DNA of 64,000 nt from NCBI GenBank assembly GCA_016839805.1, contig JAEOTO010000032.1:202564-266563 (forward strand). The letters are read 5' to 3'. A program made the position numbers and the translations under genes. The notes under the pieces were generated by a model. The model saw only the letters and a list, made by a program, of their open reading frames with translations. It was not told the origin of the DNA and did no database searches. Shown here piece by piece: positions 1 through 8,520 of the stretch; position 1 is the first letter of the stretch; each line of letters opens with the position of its first letter. Origin of the DNA: Candidatus Hermodarchaeota archaeon (GTDB taxonomy: Archaea > Asgardarchaeota > Hermodarchaeia > Hermodarchaeales > Hermodarchaeaceae).

Positions 1-1
1 A

Positions 2-109
2 ACTGTATATGATACCTTGATGAATCTCCTCATTTCTGGGGTTATTGAAAAGTATGTTGAAAAAAATGGTCGTCGTGGTCGGCCATCTGTTTATTATCAA
101 CTTGTATAA
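2..109 (+). CDS. C-terminal fragment of an ORF truncated by the window edge (winged-helix regulator-like tail)
   Basis: Frame open from position 2 to TAA at 107-109. Tail ...VIEKYVEKNGRRGRPSVYYQLV* resembles the wing of an ArsR/MarR-type wHTH. Only 35 codons are visible. Confidence 0.3.
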   Translation, partial: TVYDTLMNLLISGVIEKYVEKNGRRGRPSVYYQLV

Positions 110-124
110 TCCCTAGCAACTAAG

Positions 125-145
125 CCCCTTTGTTTCCACTGGAAC
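125..145 (-). promoter_or_regulatory. Origin recognition box ORB-1 (Orc1/Cdc6 binding site)
   Basis: Reverse complement reads GTTCCAGTGGAAACAAAGGGG, identical to the copy at 1278-1298. Core TCCAGTGGAAAC plus a G-string matches the archaeal ORB consensus. Confidence 0.8.
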
Positions 146-327
146 CTCATTTATTAGGTTTTTCTGTGATAATCTAGACACATTAGAAAATGCGCAAAAC
201 CATTCTATGAAACATTAAGAAAAGGCTTCTAGAAACGGGAAACTATTAATACATCCTAAACTAAAAACAAACGGGTATTATTCTTCGAATAACATATTTC
301 CATGCACAAACTCTTTATTTTCTTCGA
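146..327. other. AT-rich spacer between inverted ORB-1 and ORB-2: candidate duplex unwinding element
   Basis: 182 bp, visibly AT-rich with A/T runs, no ORF, bracketed by inverted ORBs. Confidence 0.45.
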
Positions 328-348
328 GTTCCAGTGGAAACGAAGGGG
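328..348 (+). promoter_or_regulatory. Origin recognition box ORB-2
   Basis: GTTCCAGTGGAAACGAAGGGG; 20/21 identical to ORB-1 and ORB-3; inverted relative to ORB-1. Confidence 0.8.
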
Positions 349-516
349 AGTAATATTATTATTTCATCATCTTGTTCTTAGTAGATCGTAGAACGTCTTC
401 ATTGATGTAATATATGAAAGTTTATAACTATAGTTCATAACTTTTTATAATAAAACAATACACACAATCAAAAATCCCTAAGAATTGATATCATAGAGTC
501 TGAAGATTTTCGGTGG

Positions 517-972
517 TTATACTTTTGTAGCCAGAATTGTGGCAATTTCTTCTTCTAATACCTCGATATTAACCCGGTATTCACGTTGTGCAGGTGATCC
601 ACGCCGGGTAAGGTTGCCTTCGTCATGCAGTCTTCGGAGGTATTGAGATGCAGTAGCTAATCGGAGGGGTGTATGGAAGGTCCGATTATAGAGTTCTTGG
701 ATGTCACTAGAGGTAAACCAGCCGTGCCGGCAGTGACGGAGTACAATATAGCGGACTTTACGGAACAGGCTCCAAGATTCGATATCCGCTAGAGTGGTTA
801 ATTCCTTTGCGGGTGTTGTTGGTGTTTCTTCAGTGCCAGATTGATTGAGTGCTTTGGATATTGATTGTGTAATGGATTCAGGCAAACCATCATCGAAGGT
901 AATGGTCAGGTTGCAGGTTTTTCCCTCGATTGTGAGGCCTTCGATGGTAATCTTTTGCTTCTTTTTCTTCAT
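517..972 (-). CDS. Small winged-helix DNA-binding protein encoded inside the origin region
   Basis: 151-aa ORF. Lys-rich N-terminus and an acidic/Thr-Pro linker. C-terminal wHTH-like segment: FRKVRYIVLRHCRHGWFTSSDIQELYNRTFHTPLRLATASQYLRRLHDEGNLTRRG...REYRV. Confidence 0.55.
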   Translation of the reverse strand: MKKKKQKITIEGLTIEGKTCNLTITFDDGLPESITQSISKALNQSGTEETPTTPAKELTTLADIESWSLFRKVRYIVLRHCRHGWFTSSDIQELYNRTFHTPLRLATASQYLRRLHDEGNLTRRGSPAQREYRVNIEVLEEEIATILATKV

Positions 973-1277
973 TGTTCCGTCACCTGGTATCTTCTACCCT
1001 GCTCTCCGCGTCCCATTATATTCTGGCTTGTTCACAATAATAAAAGTGTGACGGTGTGAAGTACTAAGTTAGGGTTTATACACGAAATGTGAGTTGATGT
1101 CTTTCTTGTAATTATGGGGGTTTCAAGCTTTATTCAGAATTCTTTGGTTTTTGGTGGTAAATACGGGTTCTCTGGGTTTATTTTTGGATTTCAGGTACTT
1201 TCTCCATTTCTTCTCATTGTTCACAAGTTATCGTTTGTTTATTAGTTGTTTGTATTAATCTAAGGTCTTAGAGGGTA

Positions 1278-1298
1278 GTTCCAGTGGAAACAAAGGGG
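1278..1298 (+). promoter_or_regulatory. Origin recognition box ORB-3
   Basis: GTTCCAGTGGAAACAAAGGGG, about 250 bp upstream of the orc1/cdc6 start, within a T/G-rich noncoding stretch. Confidence 0.8.
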
Positions 1299-1545
1299 TG
1301 ACTATCTGTTCACTAATGTTTTTATTCGAAATAATGGCGCGTTTAGAGAAAGATATCATAAAATAGGTTATTTTTGATGTTATGTTGACATTTAACGCGC
1401 CAAATGTGAACAAATCAACAGTGATTATTTCAAAGAATCGTTTGATAACTCACCTTAATTACGAAATGCTAATATGGAATGGGTGCACACTTCCAAAAGA
1501 AACGCTGGGATTTCCTATGGGAGCCTGGTGGAGGATCGATGATTT

Positions 1546-2781
1546 ATGGATGACCCACGCCCACTTGATCGCATCTTCGAACGTTTTAGTACCGGGCCCT
1601 CCCTCATTCGTGATAGGAAAGTTCTCTGGCATTCATATGTTCCGGATGAATTACCTCATCGTGAAGAACAAATCACCCAGATTGGAAGCATTTTGGCAAC
1701 TGGGTTGAAAGGAAGTCGCCCGTCTAATGTTTTTGTGTATGGGAAACCTGGAACGGGGAAAACGGCAGTAACTCGGTATGTCCTTCGAGAGTTGACAACT
1801 AAATTTGGAGAGCTTCAGTTACCTTTCAAATCGGTGTATTTGAATTGTCGTAACGTTGATACTGATTATCGGGTTCTGGCCCGAATTTGTGCAGAGTTGG
1901 GTCAAAAGGTTCCTTTTACTGGGTTGCCAACTGACGAAGTTCATTCGCGTCTTATTGAGTTGTTGGAAAGCCAGGATTTACTCACTATTATTGTTCTTGA
2001 TGAAGTTGACCGTTTGGTTTTGAAGAGTGGAGATGACACCCTGTATAAATTAACGCGAATTAATTATGAGCTATCAAATTCACGGGTTAGTTTAATTGGG
2101 ATCTCTAACGATCTTCGATTTCCTGAATACTTGGACCCGCGGGTGTTGAGTAGTTTAAGTGAGGAAAAGGTCATTTTTCATCCGTATACGGCATTACAGC
2201 TGCAGGATATCTTACGACGCCGTAGTTCTCATGGCCTAAAAGATGGAATTCTTGAAGAACCTGGTGTAATTAATTTGTGTGCGGCGCTGGCTGCACGAGA
2301 AGAGGGTGATGCAAGACGCGCTTTAGATCTATTTCGAGTTTCGGTAGAGGTCGCTGAACGCGAAGGAAGTAAAGATGTTTCAGTTGACCACGTTGAAAAG
2401 GCACGTTTAAGCATTGAGCGAGATACCGTGCTCGAAGTGCTCCGTACACTTCCTTTACAACAGAAATTGGTTCTTTATGCTGTTTACATACTGGGTCGTT
2501 ACAAACATCCACATCCTGTAACGGGGGAAGTTCAAGATGTGTATGGCGATTTATGCAATGAATTAGGGATTGACTCTCTAACGCAACGTCGTGTTAGTGA
2601 TCTTATCAATGATTTAGATGCCATTGGGCTAGTAAATGCTAAGGTAGTCAGTAAGGGGAGGTATGGCCGGACAAAGATAATTCGGTTGAGCGTTTCAAAC
2701 AAAATGGTAGCTGAAGTTTTAGAACGTGATAGCCGAATTAAAACGCTCTCAAGTTATATACCGAAAAATCTTGGAAAATAA
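1546..2781 (+). CDS. orc1: Orc1/Cdc6 replication initiator
   Basis: 411 aa. Walker A GKPGTGKT, Walker B VLDEVD, AAA+ lid and a C-terminal winged-helix region. Adjacent to the ORB elements. Confidence 0.95.
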   Translation: MDDPRPLDRIFERFSTGPSLIRDRKVLWHSYVPDELPHREEQITQIGSILATGLKGSRPSNVFVYGKPGTGKTAVTRYVLRELTTKFGELQLPFKSVYLNCRNVDTDYRVLARICAELGQKVPFTGLPTDEVHSRLIELLESQDLLTIIVLDEVDRLVLKSGDDTLYKLTRINYELSNSRVSLIGISNDLRFPEYLDPRVLSSLSEEKVIFHPYTALQLQDILRRRSSHGLKDGILEEPGVINLCAALAAREEGDARRALDLFRVSVEVAEREGSKDVSVDHVEKARLSIERDTVLEVLRTLPLQQKLVLYAVYILGRYKHPHPVTGEVQDVYGDLCNELGIDSLTQRRVSDLINDLDAIGLVNAKVVSKGRYGRTKIIRLSVSNKMVAEVLERDSRIKTLSSYIPKNLGK

Positions 2782-2805
2782 TTGTCCGGTAATGAGGGTT
2801 CTTCT

Positions 2806-3384
2806 ATGTTTGGTGTTCCACGTGGTTCAATTCGTTTGGTGGGTTATGCGTTTCGGGCCTTAGGAAAAAAAACTATACCTTTGCAGCAATTAATTTTTTT
2901 TCTCTCTTTTGATTTAAGACAAATGACTCCTTCCAAAGCAAAGAAATTTATTCACGATTTACATGCTGACGGAAGAATTGTATTTAAAGACGATTTGGTC
3001 TCATTACCTCCTGACCTTGTGATTGAATCGGAACAGCCTACATCTAGTTCTACTGAAAACTTAGGGGCCTTACTCCAGCACTTCGTTAGCAATTCACGCC
3101 TTTCTCGGGCAGTAGGGATGAGTAATCAAGCCCTAGAAATTAAAATAGCTTCACAAAACCCATTAAGACTAGAAGCTAAAGTACATGGGTCCCAGGATTA
3201 TATTCTTGTTCTTGATGAGGCCCTAAGACAAATTCAGCATAATTGTCCTGATTGGAAACGAGTAAGTGTGCTTCACCGGTTTTGTAAGCATGTGGCGAAA
3301 CTCTTTTTGTTATTAGAAAAAGATGAGTCGATTAGGGTTTTACAGTCTTTGCAAGAGGAATCGTGGGATTTTGTTCAGCTTTGA
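2806..3384 (+). CDS. Hypothetical protein with C-terminal SWIM-like H-C...C-H motif
   Basis: The ORF track starts at TTG 2782; the first ATG is 2806 (MFGVPRGS...). C-terminus HNCPDWKRVSVLHRFCKH resembles a SWIM zinc finger lacking the second Cys. Its 3' end overlaps the dp1 3' end by 10 nt (convergent). Confidence 0.5.
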   Translation: MFGVPRGSIRLVGYAFRALGKKTIPLQQLIFFLSFDLRQMTPSKAKKFIHDLHADGRIVFKDDLVSLPPDLVIESEQPTSSSTENLGALLQHFVSNSRLSRAVGMSNQALEIKIASQNPLRLEAKVHGSQDYILVLDEALRQIQHNCPDWKRVSVLHRFCKHVAKLFLLLEKDESIRVLQSLQEESWDFVQL

Positions 3385-4946
3385 GTGAAATTCAGAGTTT
3401 TCACATTAAGGGTTTGAAGATTGACAAGTGGAATGATTCCGGGTGTTGGTTCGATTCCGATAAGCTTTTGATAATTAGTCTGACTCTGAAAGGTACCGGA
3501 ATTAATGAGAAGGGTTTTCCGGTAACTTCCTACGCTGGTAACATGAACATGTCCGCAATGGAGTATATCAGGTACCTCATCGATAACTAGCCAATCACGG
3601 GGCTCGGGTGCTAATGTAGTCCCAATTCGGTCGTCTTTCTTTTTTCCGTAAATTGGGGCAAGGTGTCGACCACGAAGCATCTCTCGCATTGCAACGAACC
3701 TTGCCTCCATTTCGGGTTTAGAAAGAGCGGCCATGATATCTACTAAACTGTCACCATGATAGATGAGGACATTGACTCCATGAAGACTCACTTGCGAAGG
3801 GCATCCTAGCGAAGTTACTTCAGTTCCTGAATCGTTGAGTACACTTAGAAACTTCTCATCGATTGCAGGTCGAGGTAAAGCTAACCGAACTCCATCATGG
3901 TTACCAGGCGCTATTAAGACTTGAATGTGATTAGGGATTTCTTGAAGAAGACGATTCAGTCCCTTGAATTGACTATCAAGGTCATGAATGGTAATTTCAG
4001 CAAGTTGGTTCGGGTAAATTCCAATTCCATCAACAAGGTCGCCATTTATTATGATATATTTCACGTTACCCGCTAGCTCAATATGTTCCTTACTACCTTC
4101 CTTTCCCTGCAGCCAATCAAGAACTCTTTGGAATATTTTATCCAGAAAATGCTGGCTTCCAAAATGTATATCGGAAATCAGTAACGCGCTAATGTCCTCT
4201 TTAGCACGATTATTACGGCGATTAGATGGGATGTCGGGTAGAAACAAATCCTTTGCAATGAGCATTTCAGAGCTGATGATCGCACCTTCTATGCAAAGCA
4301 CTTGGTCGAGTAAAACTAATTGTACTTTGGAAAAGAGATTCGGGTCCCGATTCTGCACTATGACAGTGACTCGTCCTGTTAGGTCGTCCAATTCTATAGC
4401 AATATTCCCACTCTTTGTCATAGTCTTTTTCGTGACTTGACCAACAATTTTGATTGTTCTATCTTTATCATTCGTTGTGTTCTTCTTTGATTTCATTGCA
4501 TCTTGGATGTCAATTATTCCCTTTCCATCTACTCGTTGGCTTAAGATGTCACGTAATCGGTAATATCGATCCTGAAAATTTGAAAGAAAGTCATCAATAG
4601 TGCCCTTGCCACGTAATTCGGGTGTAGGATCTTTGAGAATCTTGATTTCCGATTTTATGCCTTCTGCCGGCTGTCTTTTTTTTGTTGGCTGTGTTATTGG
4701 TTTCGTTGGTTTAGCGTCTTTTTCTTTGGTTATCTCAGGCGGTTCAATCCGAGGTAATTGAAAATGTGTGGGTTTGAGAACAGGAGTTTCTAAAGGGTGA
4801 ATTTTGTTTGTTGATAGAAAGGTATCCACAATCTGGTTTGGATTTGGTTCTTTTTGCAACATATCTAAGGTTTCTGGGCTAATTTGGAATCCGGCTTTGA
4901 TTAATTTCGCAACAGCTGTTTGTACGTTGGTTTCTTCTGTTGACAC
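3375..4946 (-). CDS. dp1: DNA polymerase II (PolD) small subunit DP1
   Basis: 523 aa. Calcineurin-like phosphoesterase motifs LISDIHFGS, INGDLVDG, GNHD, GHVH follow an OB-fold-like middle region. Confidence 0.9.
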   Translation of the reverse strand: MSTEETNVQTAVAKLIKAGFQISPETLDMLQKEPNPNQIVDTFLSTNKIHPLETPVLKPTHFQLPRIEPPEITKEKDAKPTKPITQPTKKRQPAEGIKSEIKILKDPTPELRGKGTIDDFLSNFQDRYYRLRDILSQRVDGKGIIDIQDAMKSKKNTTNDKDRTIKIVGQVTKKTMTKSGNIAIELDDLTGRVTVIVQNRDPNLFSKVQLVLLDQVLCIEGAIISSEMLIAKDLFLPDIPSNRRNNRAKEDISALLISDIHFGSQHFLDKIFQRVLDWLQGKEGSKEHIELAGNVKYIIINGDLVDGIGIYPNQLAEITIHDLDSQFKGLNRLLQEIPNHIQVLIAPGNHDGVRLALPRPAIDEKFLSVLNDSGTEVTSLGCPSQVSLHGVNVLIYHGDSLVDIMAALSKPEMEARFVAMREMLRGRHLAPIYGKKKDDRIGTTLAPEPRDWLVIDEVPDILHCGHVHVTSVGSYRKTLLINSGTFQSQTNYQKLIGIEPTPGIIPLVNLQTLNVKTLNFTQS

Positions 4947-5047
4947 GCCTTATCGCCAATACATCAATGGGCAGTTATCTTTTTTGTAGAGTTCGGTTAG
5001 GATGATATCATAAGGAACCTTAACGAATATTATCAAGAACTCGATTT

Positions 5048-6016
5048 ATGGTGGTATCCATGGAGGCAAGGAAGTTACAGCAAGTTGGGGCGACTTTTCT
5101 TCTCTCAGTTCCCAAACACTGGGTCGAAGAACAAGGCCTGAAAAAAGGTTCGATGATTATTGTACATGAACGCGTGGATGGAATGCTGATAATTGATCCT
5201 GGTCTAGTTGAAGAACCATTGAAATTACGAAGTGTAATCACTAATCCGTCGAATTTGGGGCGTAATATTTTAGCAGGGTATCTTGCGGGGAATGATGTTA
5301 TTGAGGTTAATCTTGGGAATGAGATGACTCCGGTACTAAAACGTGAAATCAAGCGTATGTCTCAGTTTTTGGTTGGAGTTGAGATTATGGAAGAGGATGC
5401 GTCTACAATGACACTCCAATGTCTAATTCCACGAAGTATTGACTCTCGAACTTATTTGCGACGTACTTATGGTATCGCTGCAAAGATGCATGAAGACGCA
5501 ATACGTGCTTTTATTCGGAATGACCAAGAATTGGCACAAGATGTGATTAACCGAGATCGCGAAGTGGATCGATTATATTTCCTTGTTGTTCGTCAGCTCC
5601 GGAAAGCTATTGCATCACCCACTGGTGACCTTATGCTTTCCCCACTTAATCTCCTCGATTATCGGCTTGTTGCCAAGGAAGTAGAAGCTATTGCAGATGG
5701 TTGTGCAAGTATCGCCGAACAAGTGATTACAGAAGGTTATGTGGTTCCTCCTCGTCCATTTGCACGTGTTCTAACGGAAATCAGTCAACAAGTCCTCCTC
5801 GCACATCGAGAGGCTATTACAGCGGTTATTAAACAAGATAATAACCGGGCACGGCGTGTTATTGCCCTTCAAGAAAAAATTTCAAGGCTTGTTGTTGAAA
5901 TAACTGAGGTATTAGCAAAACAGGACACATCGGTATTACCCGTCTTTGATCGGGTAATCCATAATCTTGAAAGAATCTTTGAATCTAGCATTGATATTGC
6001 GGACCTTGTAATATGA
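5048..6016 (+). CDS. AbrB/SpoVT-domain plus PhoU-domain protein (archaeal PhoU-like regulator), copy 1
   Basis: N-terminus KLQQVGATFLLSVPKHWVEEQGLKKGSMIIV is a swapped-hairpin AbrB-type domain, followed by two PhoU-like helical repeats. Paralogue at 24846-25838. Confidence 0.75.
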   Translation: MVVSMEARKLQQVGATFLLSVPKHWVEEQGLKKGSMIIVHERVDGMLIIDPGLVEEPLKLRSVITNPSNLGRNILAGYLAGNDVIEVNLGNEMTPVLKREIKRMSQFLVGVEIMEEDASTMTLQCLIPRSIDSRTYLRRTYGIAAKMHEDAIRAFIRNDQELAQDVINRDREVDRLYFLVVRQLRKAIASPTGDLMLSPLNLLDYRLVAKEVEAIADGCASIAEQVITEGYVVPPRPFARVLTEISQQVLLAHREAITAVIKQDNNRARRVIALQEKISRLVVEITEVLAKQDTSVLPVFDRVIHNLERIFESSIDIADLVI

Positions 6017-6028
6017 ATAAATATGGAG

Positions 6029-6125
6029 TGGCGCGGAGTAGGGGATTTGAACCCCTGCGACCAGATGGTCACTGGATAACCCGATTTATCTCGAGTCCAG
6101 CGCGTTACCGCTCCGCCAACTCCGC
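6029..6125 (-). tRNA. tRNA-Ser(CGA), class II, with a 12-nt intron at the canonical 37/38 site; CCA encoded
   Basis: Hand fold of the minus strand: GCGGAGT-TG-GCGG-AGCGGTAA-CGC-G-CTGGA-CTCGAGA-[TAAATCGGGTTA]-TCCAG-TGACCATCTGGTCGC-AGGGG-TTCAAAT-CCCCT-ACTCCGC-G-CCA. Confidence 0.85.
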
Positions 6126-6241
6126 TAGAATTTTGAATATGACGGTACTCGCCAATAAACGTTTTTTCTCCTCTTTATCTTGTTTCACCCAAACACTTTA
6201 TTTCCTGGGACGAGTCCCACAACTCAAATAGGTGAATCTCT

Positions 6242-7090
6242 TTGGTCCAATCAAAAGACGTAACAGCTATACAAAGGAAGTATAAAATCATTGGGCGCCA
6301 AGACATAATAACTCAATGTCTTGCTTCGGATCAGGCAGATAAACATCTTCTTATCGAAGGACCAGTTGGTGTTGGCAAAACCACGATTGCTTCAGCTATA
6401 GCTGATTTCTTAGGGCGCTCTTTTTTCCGTGTTGATGGGGATGAACGTTATACTTCAGCAAAGCTGGTTGGTTGGTTTGATCCCCCCGTTGTGTTGCAAC
6501 AAGGCTATACACGCGACACTTTCGTTCCGGGTCCATTAATTGAAACTATGGAAACTGGTGGGGTACTTTTTATTAATGAAATCAATCGGATGCCTGAAGC
6601 AACGCAAAATACATTACTCCCTGTCATGGATGAAGGGCGCTTACATGTACCCAAATTAGGAACAATCCTTGCAAAAAATGGTTTCCGCATTATTGCTACA
6701 CAAAATCCTGAAGCCAGTGTGGGTGTTACACCTCTTGGTGAGGCGCTTCGTGATCGCTATGTCTGGTTGTACTTGGACTATCATTCTGAATCAGAAGAGC
6801 AAGAAATTGTGAAAATAAATACTGGCGTTAAAGATGAAGAAATTCTCAATATTGCTGTAGCTATTACACGTGCGACACGTGATTATGTCGACATTTTACG
6901 AGGGGCCAGCGTTCGGGGTGCAATAGATACCGCTAGTTTATACAAACAACTTCCTGGGGATGGTCATAAAATTTGGGAACAAGCAGCGGTGATGTCGCTG
7001 GTGCCAAAAATCGAATTGAATGATAATGCCCAAAAATCACCAGTTGAAGTGATATTAACCTTAGTAAAATCAATTTTAGCAAATTTTTGA
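6242..7090 (+). CDS. MoxR-like AAA+ ATPase
   Basis: 282 aa. Walker A GPVGVGKT. Walker B region reads LFINEINRMPEATQNTLLPVMDE (Asn where MoxR proteins usually have Asp). TTG start per the ORF track. Confidence 0.85.
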   Translation: MVQSKDVTAIQRKYKIIGRQDIITQCLASDQADKHLLIEGPVGVGKTTIASAIADFLGRSFFRVDGDERYTSAKLVGWFDPPVVLQQGYTRDTFVPGPLIETMETGGVLFINEINRMPEATQNTLLPVMDEGRLHVPKLGTILAKNGFRIIATQNPEASVGVTPLGEALRDRYVWLYLDYHSESEEQEIVKINTGVKDEEILNIAVAITRATRDYVDILRGASVRGAIDTASLYKQLPGDGHKIWEQAAVMSLVPKIELNDNAQKSPVEVILTLVKSILANF

Positions 7091-8160
7091 TCACGGAGGA
7101 GGCTGTGCCCTCCGATGACGTGCCTATTGTACTGTCGGGGACCATTTCAGATGAGAAACTATTTGAATCGGAAATCCGTGCTAGTGGGCGTGATTTTCAG
7201 TACTATCTTCGGCTGGGACGGACATTTGACTATCCTGCTGCTAAACAAATGGCTGAACTAGCCATCGAATTCGGTAACGTATCCGCGTTGCAAGCCTTGG
7301 CTCAACTCCAACCTATTGCCACTAGTGAAGCGATTTCCAGTCAAAATGGCGTTCACTTGATTGCGCGTTCAGCCCGAGAAGGTAATGTCGCTGCGCCCTT
7401 ACTTTTTTTCCAACTCCGACATCAAATTCGAGGTAAATATCGAGAAACTTTCCGAAAACTTGCCCGTGCTACCATTATCCATTCAGCGCTCCGGATTAGC
7501 GGTCGTGGTTTACGACCTGAAACAATTCAAAATGTTCCTTTCCATCCAGGTCTCAATGAATTCGATCTGGATGCTACACTAGAAGAAACCCTTCTAAAAC
7601 CTGAATACGTTAGTTATACCGACATTGTCGGCATCGAGCGTGTAGCTCGAAGAAAAATCGGTACCATCATTCTCGATACTTCAGGATCCATGGCAGGTCT
7701 CAAATTGCTTACTGCCGCAACAGCAGCTGCGGTTGCTGCTTACCATCTTCGGCACGATAAATACGCGCTCATCGCTTTCAATACTGTCGCAAATACTGTC
7801 AAATCAATGGATCAACATACCACCATTGATTCTATCGTTGACACAATCCTCGATACCGAACCCGCTGGTTATACAAATATTGCTGACGCTCTCAAAACGG
7901 CTTATACCCAATATGAGCGCTCTCACCGGTATGAATCCTGGGCTATTCTCATTACTGACGGTATCGCCAACCGTGGTGGGTCACCAGAACCCTTTGCTCG
8001 TAAATATCAAAACCTCCATGTTCTTCAGACACCTGGGACTCATCCCCAAGGTGAAGAAACCTGTCAACGCATCGCACTACTCGGTCGTGGACGTCACATT
8101 AAGGTAAACTCCTACACCGAAGTGCCACGTGCCCTAATACGACTCTTACGACATACATAA
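7087..8160 (+). CDS. von Willebrand factor A (VWA) domain protein, MoxR partner
   Basis: 357 aa. MIDAS motif ILDTSGSM and downstream ITDG. Overlaps the MoxR stop by 4 nt. Confidence 0.8.
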   Translation: MITEEAVPSDDVPIVLSGTISDEKLFESEIRASGRDFQYYLRLGRTFDYPAAKQMAELAIEFGNVSALQALAQLQPIATSEAISSQNGVHLIARSAREGNVAAPLLFFQLRHQIRGKYRETFRKLARATIIHSALRISGRGLRPETIQNVPFHPGLNEFDLDATLEETLLKPEYVSYTDIVGIERVARRKIGTIILDTSGSMAGLKLLTAATAAAVAAYHLRHDKYALIAFNTVANTVKSMDQHTTIDSIVDTILDTEPAGYTNIADALKTAYTQYERSHRYESWAILITDGIANRGGSPEPFARKYQNLHVLQTPGTHPQGEETCQRIALLGRGRHIKVNSYTEVPRALIRLLRHT

Positions 8161-8520
8161 CAAGAGAAAGTTGGTTAATAGGGGAAAGGACAAACGCCTA
8201 ATGGACCAATTTCTTCTCCAGGAAGAGGATACACATAATTCACCAAAAGTTGGTGTGTAATTTCATACTTAAACACCAAAACATTTCGTACTATAGTATC
8301 GAAACAAAACCAAACTCATTTACTCAATTTTACAAACGAATCTAAACAAACTTCGTAAGGCCAAATTACTTGCAAAAACTCTCTCAAAATCTCGTAAAAA
8401 TAGTCCAACTCTTTTCGTGTAATTTTCTTTGTTTATATAGAATTTTAGAACGGCTCCTATAGTAATAACAACTATGGAGGCATCTAACAAAATGTACCCC
8501 CCGCAACATCCCTTCCCTTA

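Noticed and set aside
845-1708. Short ORFs at 845-1051, 865-1059 and 1382-1708
   Set aside because: The first two are antisense or overlapping to the wHTH ORF and run into origin noncoding DNA. The third overlaps the orc1 start out of frame. None has supporting features.
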